64,000 nucleotides of DNA from an uncultured Methanomicrobiales archaeon (GCA_963758915.1 CAVWXH010000003.1:160001-224000), one strand, 5' to 3'. Counted from the first letter of the stretch, positions 1-9,334 are shown. Made by a program: numbers and translations. The notes: generated by a model not told the origin, from the letters alone.

Positions 1-605
1 CCAACGAACCTTAAAAAGACAGGGTCTGCAGTATGCGTCCTGTTTGCCATACTCCTGATAGCAGCGATTCCGGTATCCGCTGCAGGGAATGATACACCCA
101 TAATGATGTCAAGTCAGAATATGGAGGCCATCAAGGCCTACAACAATGGTGCCGATCTGGCATCATCCGGGAAATTACAGGAAGCCCTTGTTGAAACTGA
201 AAAAGCGCTGGCAATCCAGCCGAATTTTACCCTCGCACTGACACAGAAAGCGGGAATACTTAATGTCATGGGAAAATACCAGGACGCTCTGGCTGCCACC
301 GATGCGGCAATCTGCAGGGAACCCGAATGTAAGTGAGGCGTGGGCTAATCGGGCCGATGCACTGGTCCACCTTGGCAGGTACCAGGAGGCGGTAGATTCT
401 GCAAGTCGTGCTCTCACGATCGATCCCACTATCGAAGGGGCGAAGACCACCAGGCTGGTGGCGACGAAAATGCTGGAGAATGGCGCGTACCTCCACGCCA
501 ACACCCACGAGAAAAGCCCCGGTATCCCTGGTACCGGTAACTGGTGCACTTATTGTGGCCGGATACTGGTATACCTCCGGAAATGGCAGAAATAAAACCA
601 AATAA
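1..605 (+). CDS. Exported TPR-repeat protein with C-terminal membrane anchor (5' end outside window; split by two indels)
   Basis: Frame 1 from base 1 reads a signal peptide (KKTGSAVCVLFAILLIAAIPVSA). TPR repeats lie in ORFs 103-336 and 263-595 (AWANRADALVHLGRYQEAVDSASRAL). ORF 408-605 gives a TPTPT linker plus hydrophobic tail (KAPVSLVPVTGALIVAG). Confidence 0.7.
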
Positions 606-657
606 AACCTTTATTTTAAAAAAGAAGATCACCCAACCCCGACACAGTCCAAGCTCC

Positions 658-1608
658 TTAAGCACCGCCTCTCCAAATTCCTTTGTCCCAGACAGATCCT
701 CCAAGGTCCCGGGTCTTTATCCCCTTTGAAAATACCGTCTGAATCGCACATTCGATCGCATCCGACCCTGGATTATCCCCTGCATGCCGGAGCAGGAGCG
801 CTGCACTCCGCAATGCTGCAACAGGGTTTGCCAGATTCCGGCCCGCAATATCAGGAGCACTGCCGTGGACCGGTTCAAAAAATGCATGGCGTTCCCCGAT
901 GTTGGCACTGGGCAGCATACCAAGGCCACCGACGAGATACGCAGCAACATCCGACAGGATGTCCCCGAACATGTTCGTCGTCACGATAACATGGTACGAT
1001 GCCGGGTGGAGGAGCACATCCAGGCACAACGCATCAATGAGCCGGTCATTGCAATTCACCCCGGCAACCGACGCTTCGTGGAGGCATATGTCCCTGAAGA
1101 ATACGTCCGATTTCATCACGTTGGCTTTGTGGCCGATGGTCAGGGTCCTGCTCCCTGCAAGGTTGCAGGCAAACCGGGCGATACGCTCACATTCGTGGCG
1201 GGTAATGACCCGGAGCGTCGTCGCCCTGTCCACCCCCACCTCTTCGATCCCCGAGTAAAGACCTTCGATGTTCTCCCGCACAATGGTGATGTCAAACCCG
1301 TTGCCCTTCACCGGCCGTACATTGGCAAAGAGGTCGAGATCTTTTCGTATCCGAAGCAGCACGCTGCGGTAATCGGGAGCAGAAGGTGTTGTTATCGCAC
1401 CAAACAGGATGGCATCTGCCGATTTGAGCAATTCAAAGTCATCATCTCCCATCGCCTCGCCCGTCCGCTCCCACCGCTCGTACCCGACTTCCACCGGGAA
1501 TAATTCATACTCAGGGTGGAGCAGGGATAGCACATCCCTTGCAACGGGTATTACTTCCTTCCCGATACCGTCCCCGCATACGATTGCAACACTTCTGACG
1601 TTCGCCAT
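658..1608 (-). CDS. aksF: Isocitrate/isopropylmalate-family dehydrogenase, probable (homo)n-isocitrate dehydrogenase AksF
   Basis: GDGIGKEV, DLFANVRP, IVRENIEGLY, GHKANV, NMFGDILSD and FFEPVHGSAPDIAG motifs. ATG at 1608 has GGAG upstream. The C-terminus (GTKEFGEAVLKEL) is shifted by an indel near 700, so the end is approximate. Assigned as aksF rather than leuB from operon context. Confidence 0.8.
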   Translation of the reverse strand: MANVRSVAIVCGDGIGKEVIPVARDVLSLLHPEYELFPVEVGYERWERTGEAMGDDDFELLKSADAILFGAITTPSAPDYRSVLLRIRKDLDLFANVRPVKGNGFDITIVRENIEGLYSGIEEVGVDRATTLRVITRHECERIARFACNLAGSRTLTIGHKANVMKSDVFFRDICLHEASVAGVNCNDRLIDALCLDVLLHPASYHVIVTTNMFGDILSDVAAYLVGGLGMLPSANIGERHAFFEPVHGSAPDIAGRNLANPVAALRSAALLLRHAGDNPGSDAIECAIQTVFSKGIKTRDLGGSVWDKGIWRGGA

Positions 1609-2409
1609 TATTTCGATCTCCAGCCGTGTTACGAGGCCGTCGATGGCCTTGAGAATATCACGCGGCGTTGCACCCCAGTGGACAACCGCCCCGAATTTTC
1701 CATTATACCTGCCAATCCCGCCCCGTTCCTTCTGGCAGCACCGGGTGATGAACGGTTCTTCTGTGACAGTTCCGATGGGACAGATGTCGATCAGGGTAAA
1801 ATCATCCCCGTAACATTCCTGGTATATCCCGGAACTGGCCCTGCAGCCTGCTACCGTTTCACCACCAACCATCGGGTCTGCATCAAGAGTCCTCGGGAAA
1901 CCTGCCGCCCTGCAGGGGTGGACATCGGCACCGGTCTGCGAAATATCGGTGATATGGTGCACGAACCTGATATCAAGTTCCCCGAACAGCCCGATCGCCT
2001 CCAGCTCCTTTACCCGGTCTGACAGGACCGGGAGCGGGGGCTTCACGTCGTAGACATGAACGGTCAGCAGTGTTGCAGGGTCAGGGTCGAGCACGAATGT
2101 CACGTGTTCGTCGTGCCCGGAAAAGATAGTGCAGCGTCGCCCTGATTCCGTTGCAAGCCGGATGAGCCCGGCCCGGTTGGCGATATTGACCTGTTCCGGG
2201 TACCAGGTGACCTCATCCGCGGACGCTATCACTTCCTCGGCGATCACCTTCCTCATCAGCCCTTTTTCGGCGGGATCGGTTGTCACCCGGACGATCTCAT
2301 GGCCGGTACCAGTCTTGTGGATGAGGTACTGCGAGAGAAAATACACGCGTCTCCCGCACGGTTCCGTATCCGCATAGCCGATGTCTTTGTATTCACGGGG
2401 GAAGATCAT
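1608..2409 (-). CDS. Uncharacterised Cys-rich protein (about 265 aa)
   Basis: N-terminal part of ORF 658-2409 (VYFLSQYLI, HPCRAAG, AGC, ICP, TRCCQKER, VVHWGA). Its ATG overlaps the aksE stop (ATGA). A one-base shift near 1625 gives ...WRSK-TAA overlapping the aksF ATG (TAATG). Confidence 0.75.
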
Positions 2410-2879
2410 GGCTTCTTTGACCTCCAGAGGGGAACAAGCCCGCCTGCAAGAAGGATCTCCTTCATCCTTGCAGACAGGGGCCGGATTGGAGCACTGGAGC
2501 CTCCGCAGGAAACAACCCCTTTGTCAAGGTCAATGATCACCTCGTCGCCATCGGCACAGTGGCATTCCCCTTCAACAACCGGGAGTCCCACGTTTATGGC
2601 GTTACGGAAGAATATCCGGGAGAAGGAGGGGGCGACAACAGCCTGCAGCCCTGCTTCTTTAAGGGCAACGGCGGCCTGTTCGCGTGAAGACCCGCACCCG
2701 AAATTCCTGCCTGCAACAATGACCGATCCTTTGAGCCTGGCCCCGAGCGACGGGTCGAGGTCTTCGAATACATGTTCGACCCAGACCGTCCGGTCCTTTG
2801 TCCGGAGATACCTCCCGGCGATGATGACGTCGGTGTCGATATCGGGCCCAAGGCAGATCGCCTTCCCTTCAATGTGCAT
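2406..2879 (-). CDS. aksE: Homoaconitase small subunit (LeuD family)
   Basis: DIDTDVII and NFGCGSSREQA motifs. The flexible-loop sequence YLRT is the homoaconitase-type signature (IPM isomerases typically have YLVY-like loops). Confidence 0.85.
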   Translation of the reverse strand: MHIEGKAICLGPDIDTDVIIAGRYLRTKDRTVWVEHVFEDLDPSLGARLKGSVIVAGRNFGCGSSREQAAVALKEAGLQAVVAPSFSRIFFRNAINVGLPVVEGECHCADGDEVIIDLDKGVVSCGGSSAPIRPLSARMKEILLAGGLVPLWRSKKP

Positions 2880-2882
2880 GAT

Positions 2883-4091
2883 TCACGCCTCCGGGACGGT
2901 CAGGACGCCGGTCAGGGCGCTTGCTGCCGCCGTTGCAACCGAGGCGAGATACACGCTGCCACCAATACCCATCCGGTTCGTAAAATTACGGTTTGCCGTC
3001 GAGAGGCAGACTTCACCTTCCCCGATTACCCCCATATGTGCCCCGAGACAGGGGCCGCAGCCGGGTGTGCCGATCGTGCAGCCTGACGAGATAATGGTCG
3101 AGAGGACACCCGTATCGGCTGCTTTGCGGAGGACTTCCGCCGAGGACGGGATTACGATGGTCCTCACGTTCACCTTCTTACCCCGGACGATTGAAGCAAA
3201 ACGTTGTAAATCTTCAAAACGCCCGTTTGTGCAGGTACCGACAAACACCTGGTCAAGGGGCAGCCCTTCAAGCGATTCAACGGGTCTTGCCGAATCGACC
3301 CGTGGCGGCACGGCAACCACGGGGACAAGGTCCGACAAGTCAATCGTTATCTCTTTTCCATACGAGCAGTGCTCAGGTACCTGGTTTTCCACCCGGTGGC
3401 CGAACTGCAGGAGGTACTGGCGGGTCACGTCATCGGCATAAAAGAGGCCGGTTTTTGCACCGGCTTCAGTTGAAAGATTTGAAATGGTGAGCCGGCCTTC
3501 CATGGAGAGCGATTTCGTCCCGTCCCCGACATACTCTAATGCCTGGTAGGACGCTCCCTCCATGCCGAGCTGGGAAATAACCGTAAGGGCCAGGTCTTTC
3601 GCCTCAACCGGATAGTTCAATGTCCCTGACAGGTGGATGCCGATTGTTTCGGGAACACGGAACCACGTAGAACCCGATGCCCAGATGGCAGCCATATCGG
3701 TCGCCCCTACACCTGTTGCAAACGCACCGAATGCACCAAGGGTACAGGTGTGGGAATCGGCCCCGACCACGACCTCCCCGGGGAGCACCTCCCCTTCACC
3801 CATGAGCTGGTGACAGACACCGCCCCCGATATCGGAGAAATGGATCCCGTGTGACCTTGCAAACTCCCTGAGCTCCTTCTGGAGCGTCGCGGTAGTGCTG
3901 TTGTTTGCCGGGACGATGTGGTCGAAGAGGATATACAGTCGTTCCGGGTGCGCCGGGCCCGGGCAACCCATCTCCTTCCAGGCTTCGAGGGTGAGTACAC
4001 CGGTACCGTCATGCACGTATGCCCGGTCAACCTGTACATCGACATAGTCCCCGGCCCCTGCACCGAGGATCCGTTCGGAAAGCGTCCTCAT
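2883..4091 (-). CDS. aksD: Homoaconitase large subunit (LeuC family)
   Basis: FDHIVP, GVCHQ, GADSHTCTLGA, GTCTNGR, PGCGPCLG and STANRNF aconitase motifs. Confidence 0.85.
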   Translation of the reverse strand: MRTLSERILGAGAGDYVDVQVDRAYVHDGTGVLTLEAWKEMGCPGPAHPERLYILFDHIVPANNSTTATLQKELREFARSHGIHFSDIGGGVCHQLMGEGEVLPGEVVVGADSHTCTLGAFGAFATGVGATDMAAIWASGSTWFRVPETIGIHLSGTLNYPVEAKDLALTVISQLGMEGASYQALEYVGDGTKSLSMEGRLTISNLSTEAGAKTGLFYADDVTRQYLLQFGHRVENQVPEHCSYGKEITIDLSDLVPVVAVPPRVDSARPVESLEGLPLDQVFVGTCTNGRFEDLQRFASIVRGKKVNVRTIVIPSSAEVLRKAADTGVLSTIISSGCTIGTPGCGPCLGAHMGVIGEGEVCLSTANRNFTNRMGIGGSVYLASVATAAASALTGVLTVPEA

Positions 4092-5221
4092 GCCAGTGAC
4101 CCCTCTCCCTGGACTCTCTTAATCAGTTCAAGAAGGCGTTCGGGAGTAACCACCGTTTTGTGCTCCCCTTCAGTTTTCACCAGTTCAAGCACACGGCATA
4201 CCTGGCCTTTCGAAAGCTGGAACCCGAGTGCAGATACCACGTATTCGAGCGCCTTCGACCCGGTATGTTTCCCGAGAATGAATTTACGCTCGCCACCGAC
4301 CATTTCCGGGGAGAAATATTCGTACGTTTCCGGGTCCTGGAGAATTGCAGCGATATGGATGCCACTCTCGTGGGAAAACGCATGGGCACCCACGACCGGC
4401 TGGGTCCTTGCCACCGGAATATTGGATGCTTTTTCAACCAGTTTTGAGAGGTTCTGCAGGTGGGTGAGGTCATACCGTTCTACCCCTGCTTTCATGCGGA
4501 GGGCTACGAGAACAGACTCAAGGGGAGCGTTCCCCGCCCGTTCGCCAATGCCATTGACCGTTGTATGGAGCTGGAACGCCCCGGCCTCTGCAGCAGTAAT
4601 CGTGTTCGCCGCAGCGAAACCCATGTCGTTATGGCAGTGTGCACAGACCGGGACACGGACGGTTGATACGAGGTCCCCCATTACCTCGTACATCTCAAGC
4701 GGGGTGAGGCACCCGACCGTATCCGCAAAAGACAGGAGGTGGGCACCGTGGTCTTCACCCTGGCGAAATACTTCCTTTAAGAAACCACGGTCTGTCCGGG
4801 AGGCATCTTCAGCGGCAAACCGGACTGCAATCCCATGGTCGTGGACGAATTCAACGATACCAAGTGCCGCCGAAAGGACCTCCTCCCTTGGTTTTTTGTA
4901 TTTATGCCTGATATGGAGGTCAGAAGTTGCGATGAAAATACTGACCAGGTCTACATCGCAGTCTATCGCACACTCGGCGTCCTCTTTCCGGGCCCTTGCA
5001 AGGCAACAGACCCGTGCATCAAGGCCCATCGCTGCGATCTCGGTCACGCACTTTTTTTCTTCTGCTGATACGATGGGAAACCCGGCCTCGATTACTTCGA
5101 CCCCGACATCGTCGAGGACGCGGGCAATCGACTTCTTTTCATCGCAGGTGAATGATACACCCGGCGTCTGTTCTCCATCCCGGAGCGTCACATCGCAGAT
5201 TTCAACATTCCACGGTTTCAT
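4088..5221 (-). CDS. aksA: Homocitrate synthase-family enzyme AksA
   Basis: DVTLRDGEQTPG, HCHND, GIGERAGNA, AFSHESGIH and LGKHTG motifs. About 377 aa, with no LeuA regulatory domain. Confidence 0.85.
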   Translation of the reverse strand: MKPWNVEICDVTLRDGEQTPGVSFTCDEKKSIARVLDDVGVEVIEAGFPIVSAEEKKCVTEIAAMGLDARVCCLARARKEDAECAIDCDVDLVSIFIATSDLHIRHKYKKPREEVLSAALGIVEFVHDHGIAVRFAAEDASRTDRGFLKEVFRQGEDHGAHLLSFADTVGCLTPLEMYEVMGDLVSTVRVPVCAHCHNDMGFAAANTITAAEAGAFQLHTTVNGIGERAGNAPLESVLVALRMKAGVERYDLTHLQNLSKLVEKASNIPVARTQPVVGAHAFSHESGIHIAAILQDPETYEYFSPEMVGGERKFILGKHTGSKALEYVVSALGFQLSKGQVCRVLELVKTEGEHKTVVTPERLLELIKRVQGEGSLA

Positions 5222-6499
5222 GGTGTCTCCCTTCCGGACAGTTCCCTTCAATAATCACAACTACCGGCGATTCCCGGCGGACGAGAGTTTCCCGGAGGCG
5301 GGCTTCATCATCAGCCCGGCAGATTACGGGGTTGGCCCAGGCAATATAGGGGAGGATATCGTAGGCCTGCTGCCCACCGGTCATCCCCATGCAGTTGTTT
5401 TTCATTATTATGCACAGCAACGGGGTTTTTTTCTCAAACACGTCGATCAACGCAGGGAGCCCGGAATGAAGCAGTGCATAATCGCCGGTAAGTGCAACGC
5501 CCGTGCTTTTCGCAGCCACCCCGATTGAAGACCCCATGCCATAACTGACAAGGCTGGTTTTAAACGGCGGGTTCATGCAGAGGACGCAGCACCCTGCATC
5601 ACAGGTGACCAGAAATCCCCCGTTCGTCCAGGATCTTTATTGCCAGGATAAAGGGGCAGTCCTTGCAGAATGACCGGTAAAAACCACGGTCTTCCCTTCG
5701 CTCCGGTTCCGTGTATGCCGGGGGGTACCATCCTCCGGTGTTCCCTGACAAACGGTCTCCCAAGTTCTTTTACCTCTTTTAACCTGCCGAGCCCGCCGTA
5801 GGAGGATACACGGTAATTATTCTGGATATCTCCCCGGGAAGGGACTGGTTTATCCCCGGCCCCTGCAGCACCAACGAGGGCGGTTGTCCCGTTCATCCGG
5901 TTCAGTGGCGATTTTTCAGACCACTCACACATCGGTCCGAGCAGGTTTCTCGCCCGTTCAACCCTCCCTTTCATGGTGAGGTGTAACGGGGCAATCGTCC
6001 CGGTTTTTCCCTTTCTTTCGGCGTTCCCGGGGGTTACTTCTGCTTCGAGAAGGTCCGGGGTAAGGCGGAGGATCACGATCCTTGAAAATGATTCCGACGC
6101 CCTGAATGCCTCTTCTACGGCTTCGTGGATGTTATCCGGGCCGGGTTCTATTACCGGTACCTCGGCGAGTTCCCCGTAATATCTCGAGTCCTGGGCATTC
6201 TGGGACCCCTCGGCCACCGGGTCATCCCCGGCTACAATGACCACACCGGCGATAAGTCCCTGGGTAGTCGCCTCGACAAACGGGTCTGCACAGGCATTCA
6301 ACCCGACATTTTTGAGGATTACTGCGGCTCTCCTGCCGGAAAGCGAATCGCCAAGGGCATATTCTACTGCCACCTTCTCGTTTATGACCGATTCAGCACC
6401 TGTTTTTTCCAGCACCCCGCTGACAGGAAAACCGGGTACCCCGTAAAACCGGTCTGCGGCAGCAAGGAGTGCCTTCGTTATTGCATCTTCACCTTTCAT
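5202..6499 (-). CDS. Stand-alone thiamine-diphosphate enzyme, IorA-like (split by indels)
   Basis: GVPGFPVS, INEKVAVE, KNVGLNACADP and GDDPxxxGSQNAQDSR in the N-part. An alternate frame near 5650-5690 gives RSFCKDCP. The C-part has GMGSSIG and the ThDP motif GDYALLHSG...NNCMGMTGGQ. No ferredoxin domain and no iorB. Confidence 0.8.
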
Positions 6500-7464
6500 A
6501 GCGGCTCTCCCGGGACGAGGTCACAACCCCTGCACCGGACACACATGGTCAGGGCGTTCCGGGGGTCCAGTCCTTCATCCTGTAATGCTTTTTCATGATA
6601 TCCGGCAATCAGGAGCATCCGTTCAGCACCCGGCCTGCTGGAGCCGGAAAATCCTGCAATCGGGTTCAATGGCCTGATAACAGGAATTACCCCCATTGTT
6701 GTGAGTTCCCTGATACATGCATCCATCTCTTCATCCGTCTCTCCAAGGCCGAGAATTACGTTTGAAAACACGTGGCCGCGTCCGAATAACTCTACTGACT
6801 TCTGAAGGACCCGGATAATGAGATCACGGTCATGGCCCGGGCATAATGAGGCAAACAATTCCGGAGTGGCGCATTCAAGGTTGAACTTTACTTCCTTTAC
6901 CCCGAGTCCGTGCAGGCGGCCGGGTGTTTGTTCTGTCGGGTAAATTGAGACCCCGATCGGGAGACCGAACACTGCCAGGTCACGGACAACCTCGCAGACA
7001 TACTCTTCTTCCTCGTAAATGTCGGAATATACACCGCTTGTTATGGAGATTGCATCAATCCGGTCTTTTATTCCATCGACCATGGCATGGATTTCCTCGA
7101 TTGATTTTCTCCGCTTTGGCAGGCGCGGGACATTGCAGTAACGGCAATTGAAGATACAGCCGCTGCTGACGGTAATATAGGCCTGTTCCGGGCAGTGCAG
7201 GCCAACCGGGTCAAGCCGGCCGGGCAGCACAATTTCACCATAACGGAGTGTTGCAGCCCCTTCACCTGCATGGATAATTTCAACGGGGCTTGTCTCTGAA
7301 CGTGCAAACCGCACCCTCATACCATCGGATGAAAAGAAGACAGACCCTTCTCCCCCTGCGCCCGGACCTGCGGATGAACTCGAAAGGTAAGGAGTCGCAT
7401 CTTTTCCGGTGAGCCGTGCTTTTCCAACGGCAAGGAGGGCTGCTTTTAATTCCTGTCCGTGCAT
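6496..7464 (-). CDS. Radical SAM protein, biotin-synthase-related, with C-terminal CxxCxxC
   Basis: GCIFNCRYC (CxxxCxxC), SNVILGLGETDEE and a terminal CVRCRGCD. ATG at 7464 is preceded by GAGGAGG. The stop overlaps the ThDP gene start. Confidence 0.85.
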   Translation of the reverse strand: MHGQELKAALLAVGKARLTGKDATPYLSSSSAGPGAGGEGSVFFSSDGMRVRFARSETSPVEIIHAGEGAATLRYGEIVLPGRLDPVGLHCPEQAYITVSSGCIFNCRYCNVPRLPKRRKSIEEIHAMVDGIKDRIDAISITSGVYSDIYEEEEYVCEVVRDLAVFGLPIGVSIYPTEQTPGRLHGLGVKEVKFNLECATPELFASLCPGHDRDLIIRVLQKSVELFGRGHVFSNVILGLGETDEEMDACIRELTTMGVIPVIRPLNPIAGFSGSSRPGAERMLLIAGYHEKALQDEGLDPRNALTMCVRCRGCDLVPGEPL

Positions 7465-8340
7465 AAGGTCAGGGCCTCCTCGTATCTTCGTGTAAAACGG
7501 AATTGCCGCTACTGCACCAATGATCCCACGACCATTCCTCACGATCCGCAGGTTGATATCATCGATATCCAGGATCAATCCCTGCGTCACTTCGCCACGT
7601 TTCACCTTCCACGCGAATTCCAGGAGGTTTGAGGGGTCAAACCCCGTGTATACCGCCATGCCGGTATCTTCAGAAAGGGTATAGCGGTCCAGCAGTCCTG
7701 CAAAATGATCGACCAGGCGGGCAGGGTCCGATGATGCAAATTCGGCAACAATGCTGACACAGTTTTTTGTCCGGTACGGGACAGGGTACAACTGCACAAT
7801 CGTATGCGACAGGTAGCGGGACTGCTGGTCCTCAACAGCCCTCGCAATATTATGGACGAGTGTCCAGGTTGCCCCCTGTTCAGGTGTATCGGTATCGTCC
7901 ACGCCAATCAGGACACGCTGTCGCCTTGGCAGCCAGACTGTTGAACCGGCACGTTTTCCACCCCCGGAAGGGTCATTTGTACTTCGCGTAACACCCTGTG
8001 CATAGGAACGGCATATGGACGCACCGACACCACCGCCGCCAAGCCCTACGTAAGATACCCGGATTTCATCCTCATCAACGGAAACAGCACTTATTCCGGC
8101 CGGGAAATGTGAGCCCTCAAGTGCAAGGTCCGACTCCCCCGGGCGCAGCATGTACCGCATGGTCGGTCCGATATTCCTGGCAGAACGGACAAGCGGGCTC
8201 TGTGCATAATGGTGTTGTGCCCACATCGCACCCCCGGTACAATCGAAAAATTCGATCAGTTCGACACGTTCGCCGGCGGAATCCGCTACCGCGACAATCT
8301 GCGGGTACCGTATGATATACGGTTCAGGAAGGTTCACCAT
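7446..8340 (-). CDS. mmp11: Methanogenesis marker protein 11 (DUF1743/TiaS kinase-domain-like)
   Basis: IEFFDCTGGAMWAQHHY, GLGGGGVGASIC, IGVDDTDTPEQGATW, QLYPVPYRTKNC and GRGIIGAVAA motifs. Removing one A near 7487 gives ...PFYTRYEEALTLCTDRN-stop. Confidence 0.8.
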
Positions 8341-9283
8341 AGAGACCTGCCGCTTCGATGCCCCTGTTGGCCCATAATACAGACCCTAATGCACCAATTC
8401 TGCCCTTTCTTCCTGCAGTGTCGATAAACCTGATCCCGGCAGATGCCGCAATATCCTCGGCATCCTTCAGGCTTACGATCTCGGTCTTTATCCTCCGGCA
8501 GGCACCGTTCATTATTTTCGGGAATTCAATACCCCGGTAGTAGGCAATACCCGTGTCGTCACTGAAAGAAAACTCCTCGATATAATCGCGGACATAGGCA
8601 AGAAGTGCATCAACCGACCCGGGTCTGACGGCAAAATTCAACGCAGACCCCACGCAGTTGGTTGTTTTTTCCGGGACCCGCGGGTTGAGCTGGATCAGCC
8701 TCATATTAAGAAATTCCACGCCTGGTACCGGGCACTGTTCACCGCATTTCAGGGCAAGGACCCAGGTGGCTCCTTTTTCAGATGTGTCAGTGTCATCGAT
8801 CCCGATGGTGACCTTCTCGTATAGCGGTGAAAAAATACGTACCCGGTTCACCCTCGCACCGCCGACTACCAGGTCCTCTTCAGTCGGGTATTCAGCCCGG
8901 GTCACACCCGGTGCCTGCGGAAGGCAGGCAGCAATACCAAGACCGGCACCGGCAATACCTGCCCAGGATGTGACGACCTCGTCACCCTGCACCTCGACAC
9001 CTTCGAGGGCCTGGCCCCCGATATTCTCCCCGGCAGCCCCGAAATTCGCCTGAAATGAGCCGATTCGTGCCAGCATCCTCATTTCAGTGCCTTCAACACG
9101 GGCAGAGACTGTGGCCCCTTTTGCACGGATGCGGTTCATCGCGTCCCACTCGATAGGTCCCCTCGCATGGCACTGCTCGATGATCTCTGCAAGGCCGGCA
9201 CCCTTGTCCACCATCACGAGAAACCGCCGGGAAAAGAGTGATCCATACTTCGTTTTTATTTCTTCGGGCTTTTTGACAATCAT
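8324..9283 (-). CDS. Second, divergent Mmp11-like protein
   Basis: GIAGAGLGIAAC, IGIDDTDTSEKGATW, QLNPRVPEKTTNC and GRIGALG motifs. Same architecture as the downstream gene and overlaps its start. Confidence 0.75.
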   Translation of the reverse strand: MIVKKPEEIKTKYGSLFSRRFLVMVDKGAGLAEIIEQCHARGPIEWDAMNRIRAKGATVSARVEGTEMRMLARIGSFQANFGAAGENIGGQALEGVEVQGDEVVTSWAGIAGAGLGIAACLPQAPGVTRAEYPTEEDLVVGGARVNRVRIFSPLYEKVTIGIDDTDTSEKGATWVLALKCGEQCPVPGVEFLNMRLIQLNPRVPEKTTNCVGSALNFAVRPGSVDALLAYVRDYIEEFSFSDDTGIAYYRGIEFPKIMNGACRRIKTEIVSLKDAEDIAASAGIRFIDTAGRKGRIGALGSVLWANRGIEAAGLYGEPS

Positions 9284-9320
9284 TTTGTCACCGGAAATAT
9301 CGTTAACAGAATAATCGGCG

Positions 9321-9334
9321 ATATATTATATAAG
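9321..9334 (-). promoter_or_regulatory. Probable TATA box of the mmp11-aks operon
   Basis: Minus strand reads CTTATATAATATAT about 40-50 nt upstream of the 9283 start. A T-tract after the ftr stop (9367-9380) separates it from ftr. Confidence 0.5.

Noticed and set aside
1-605. TPR protein tail as a canonical PGF-CTERM archaeosortase signal
   Set aside because: A Thr/Pro linker and hydrophobic tail are present, but no PGF motif is readable and the region is disturbed by indels.
658-2409. Apparent 583-aa fusion of an unknown domain to AksF
   Set aside because: A one-base shift yields WRSK-TAA overlapping the aksF ATG (TAATG) with a GGAG RBS. Indels are common in this window, so two genes are more likely.
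658-5221. Leucine biosynthesis operon (leuA/C/D/B)
   Set aside because: The synthase lacks the LeuA regulatory domain and the small subunit has the YLRT homoaconitase loop. Aks fits better, though this was not tested by phylogeny.
3918-5528. Long antisense ORFs (536 aa here; also 2299-3441, 18561-19475, 25534-26316, 55681-56487)
   Set aside because: They lie opposite well-supported genes, have no recognisable motifs, and are expected from codon bias.
6496-8340. Apparent 614-aa Mmp11-radical SAM fusion
   Set aside because: Deleting one A near 7487 restores a natural Mmp11 end (YTRYEEALTLCTDRN-stop), and the radical SAM gene has its own GAGGAGG RBS and ATG.
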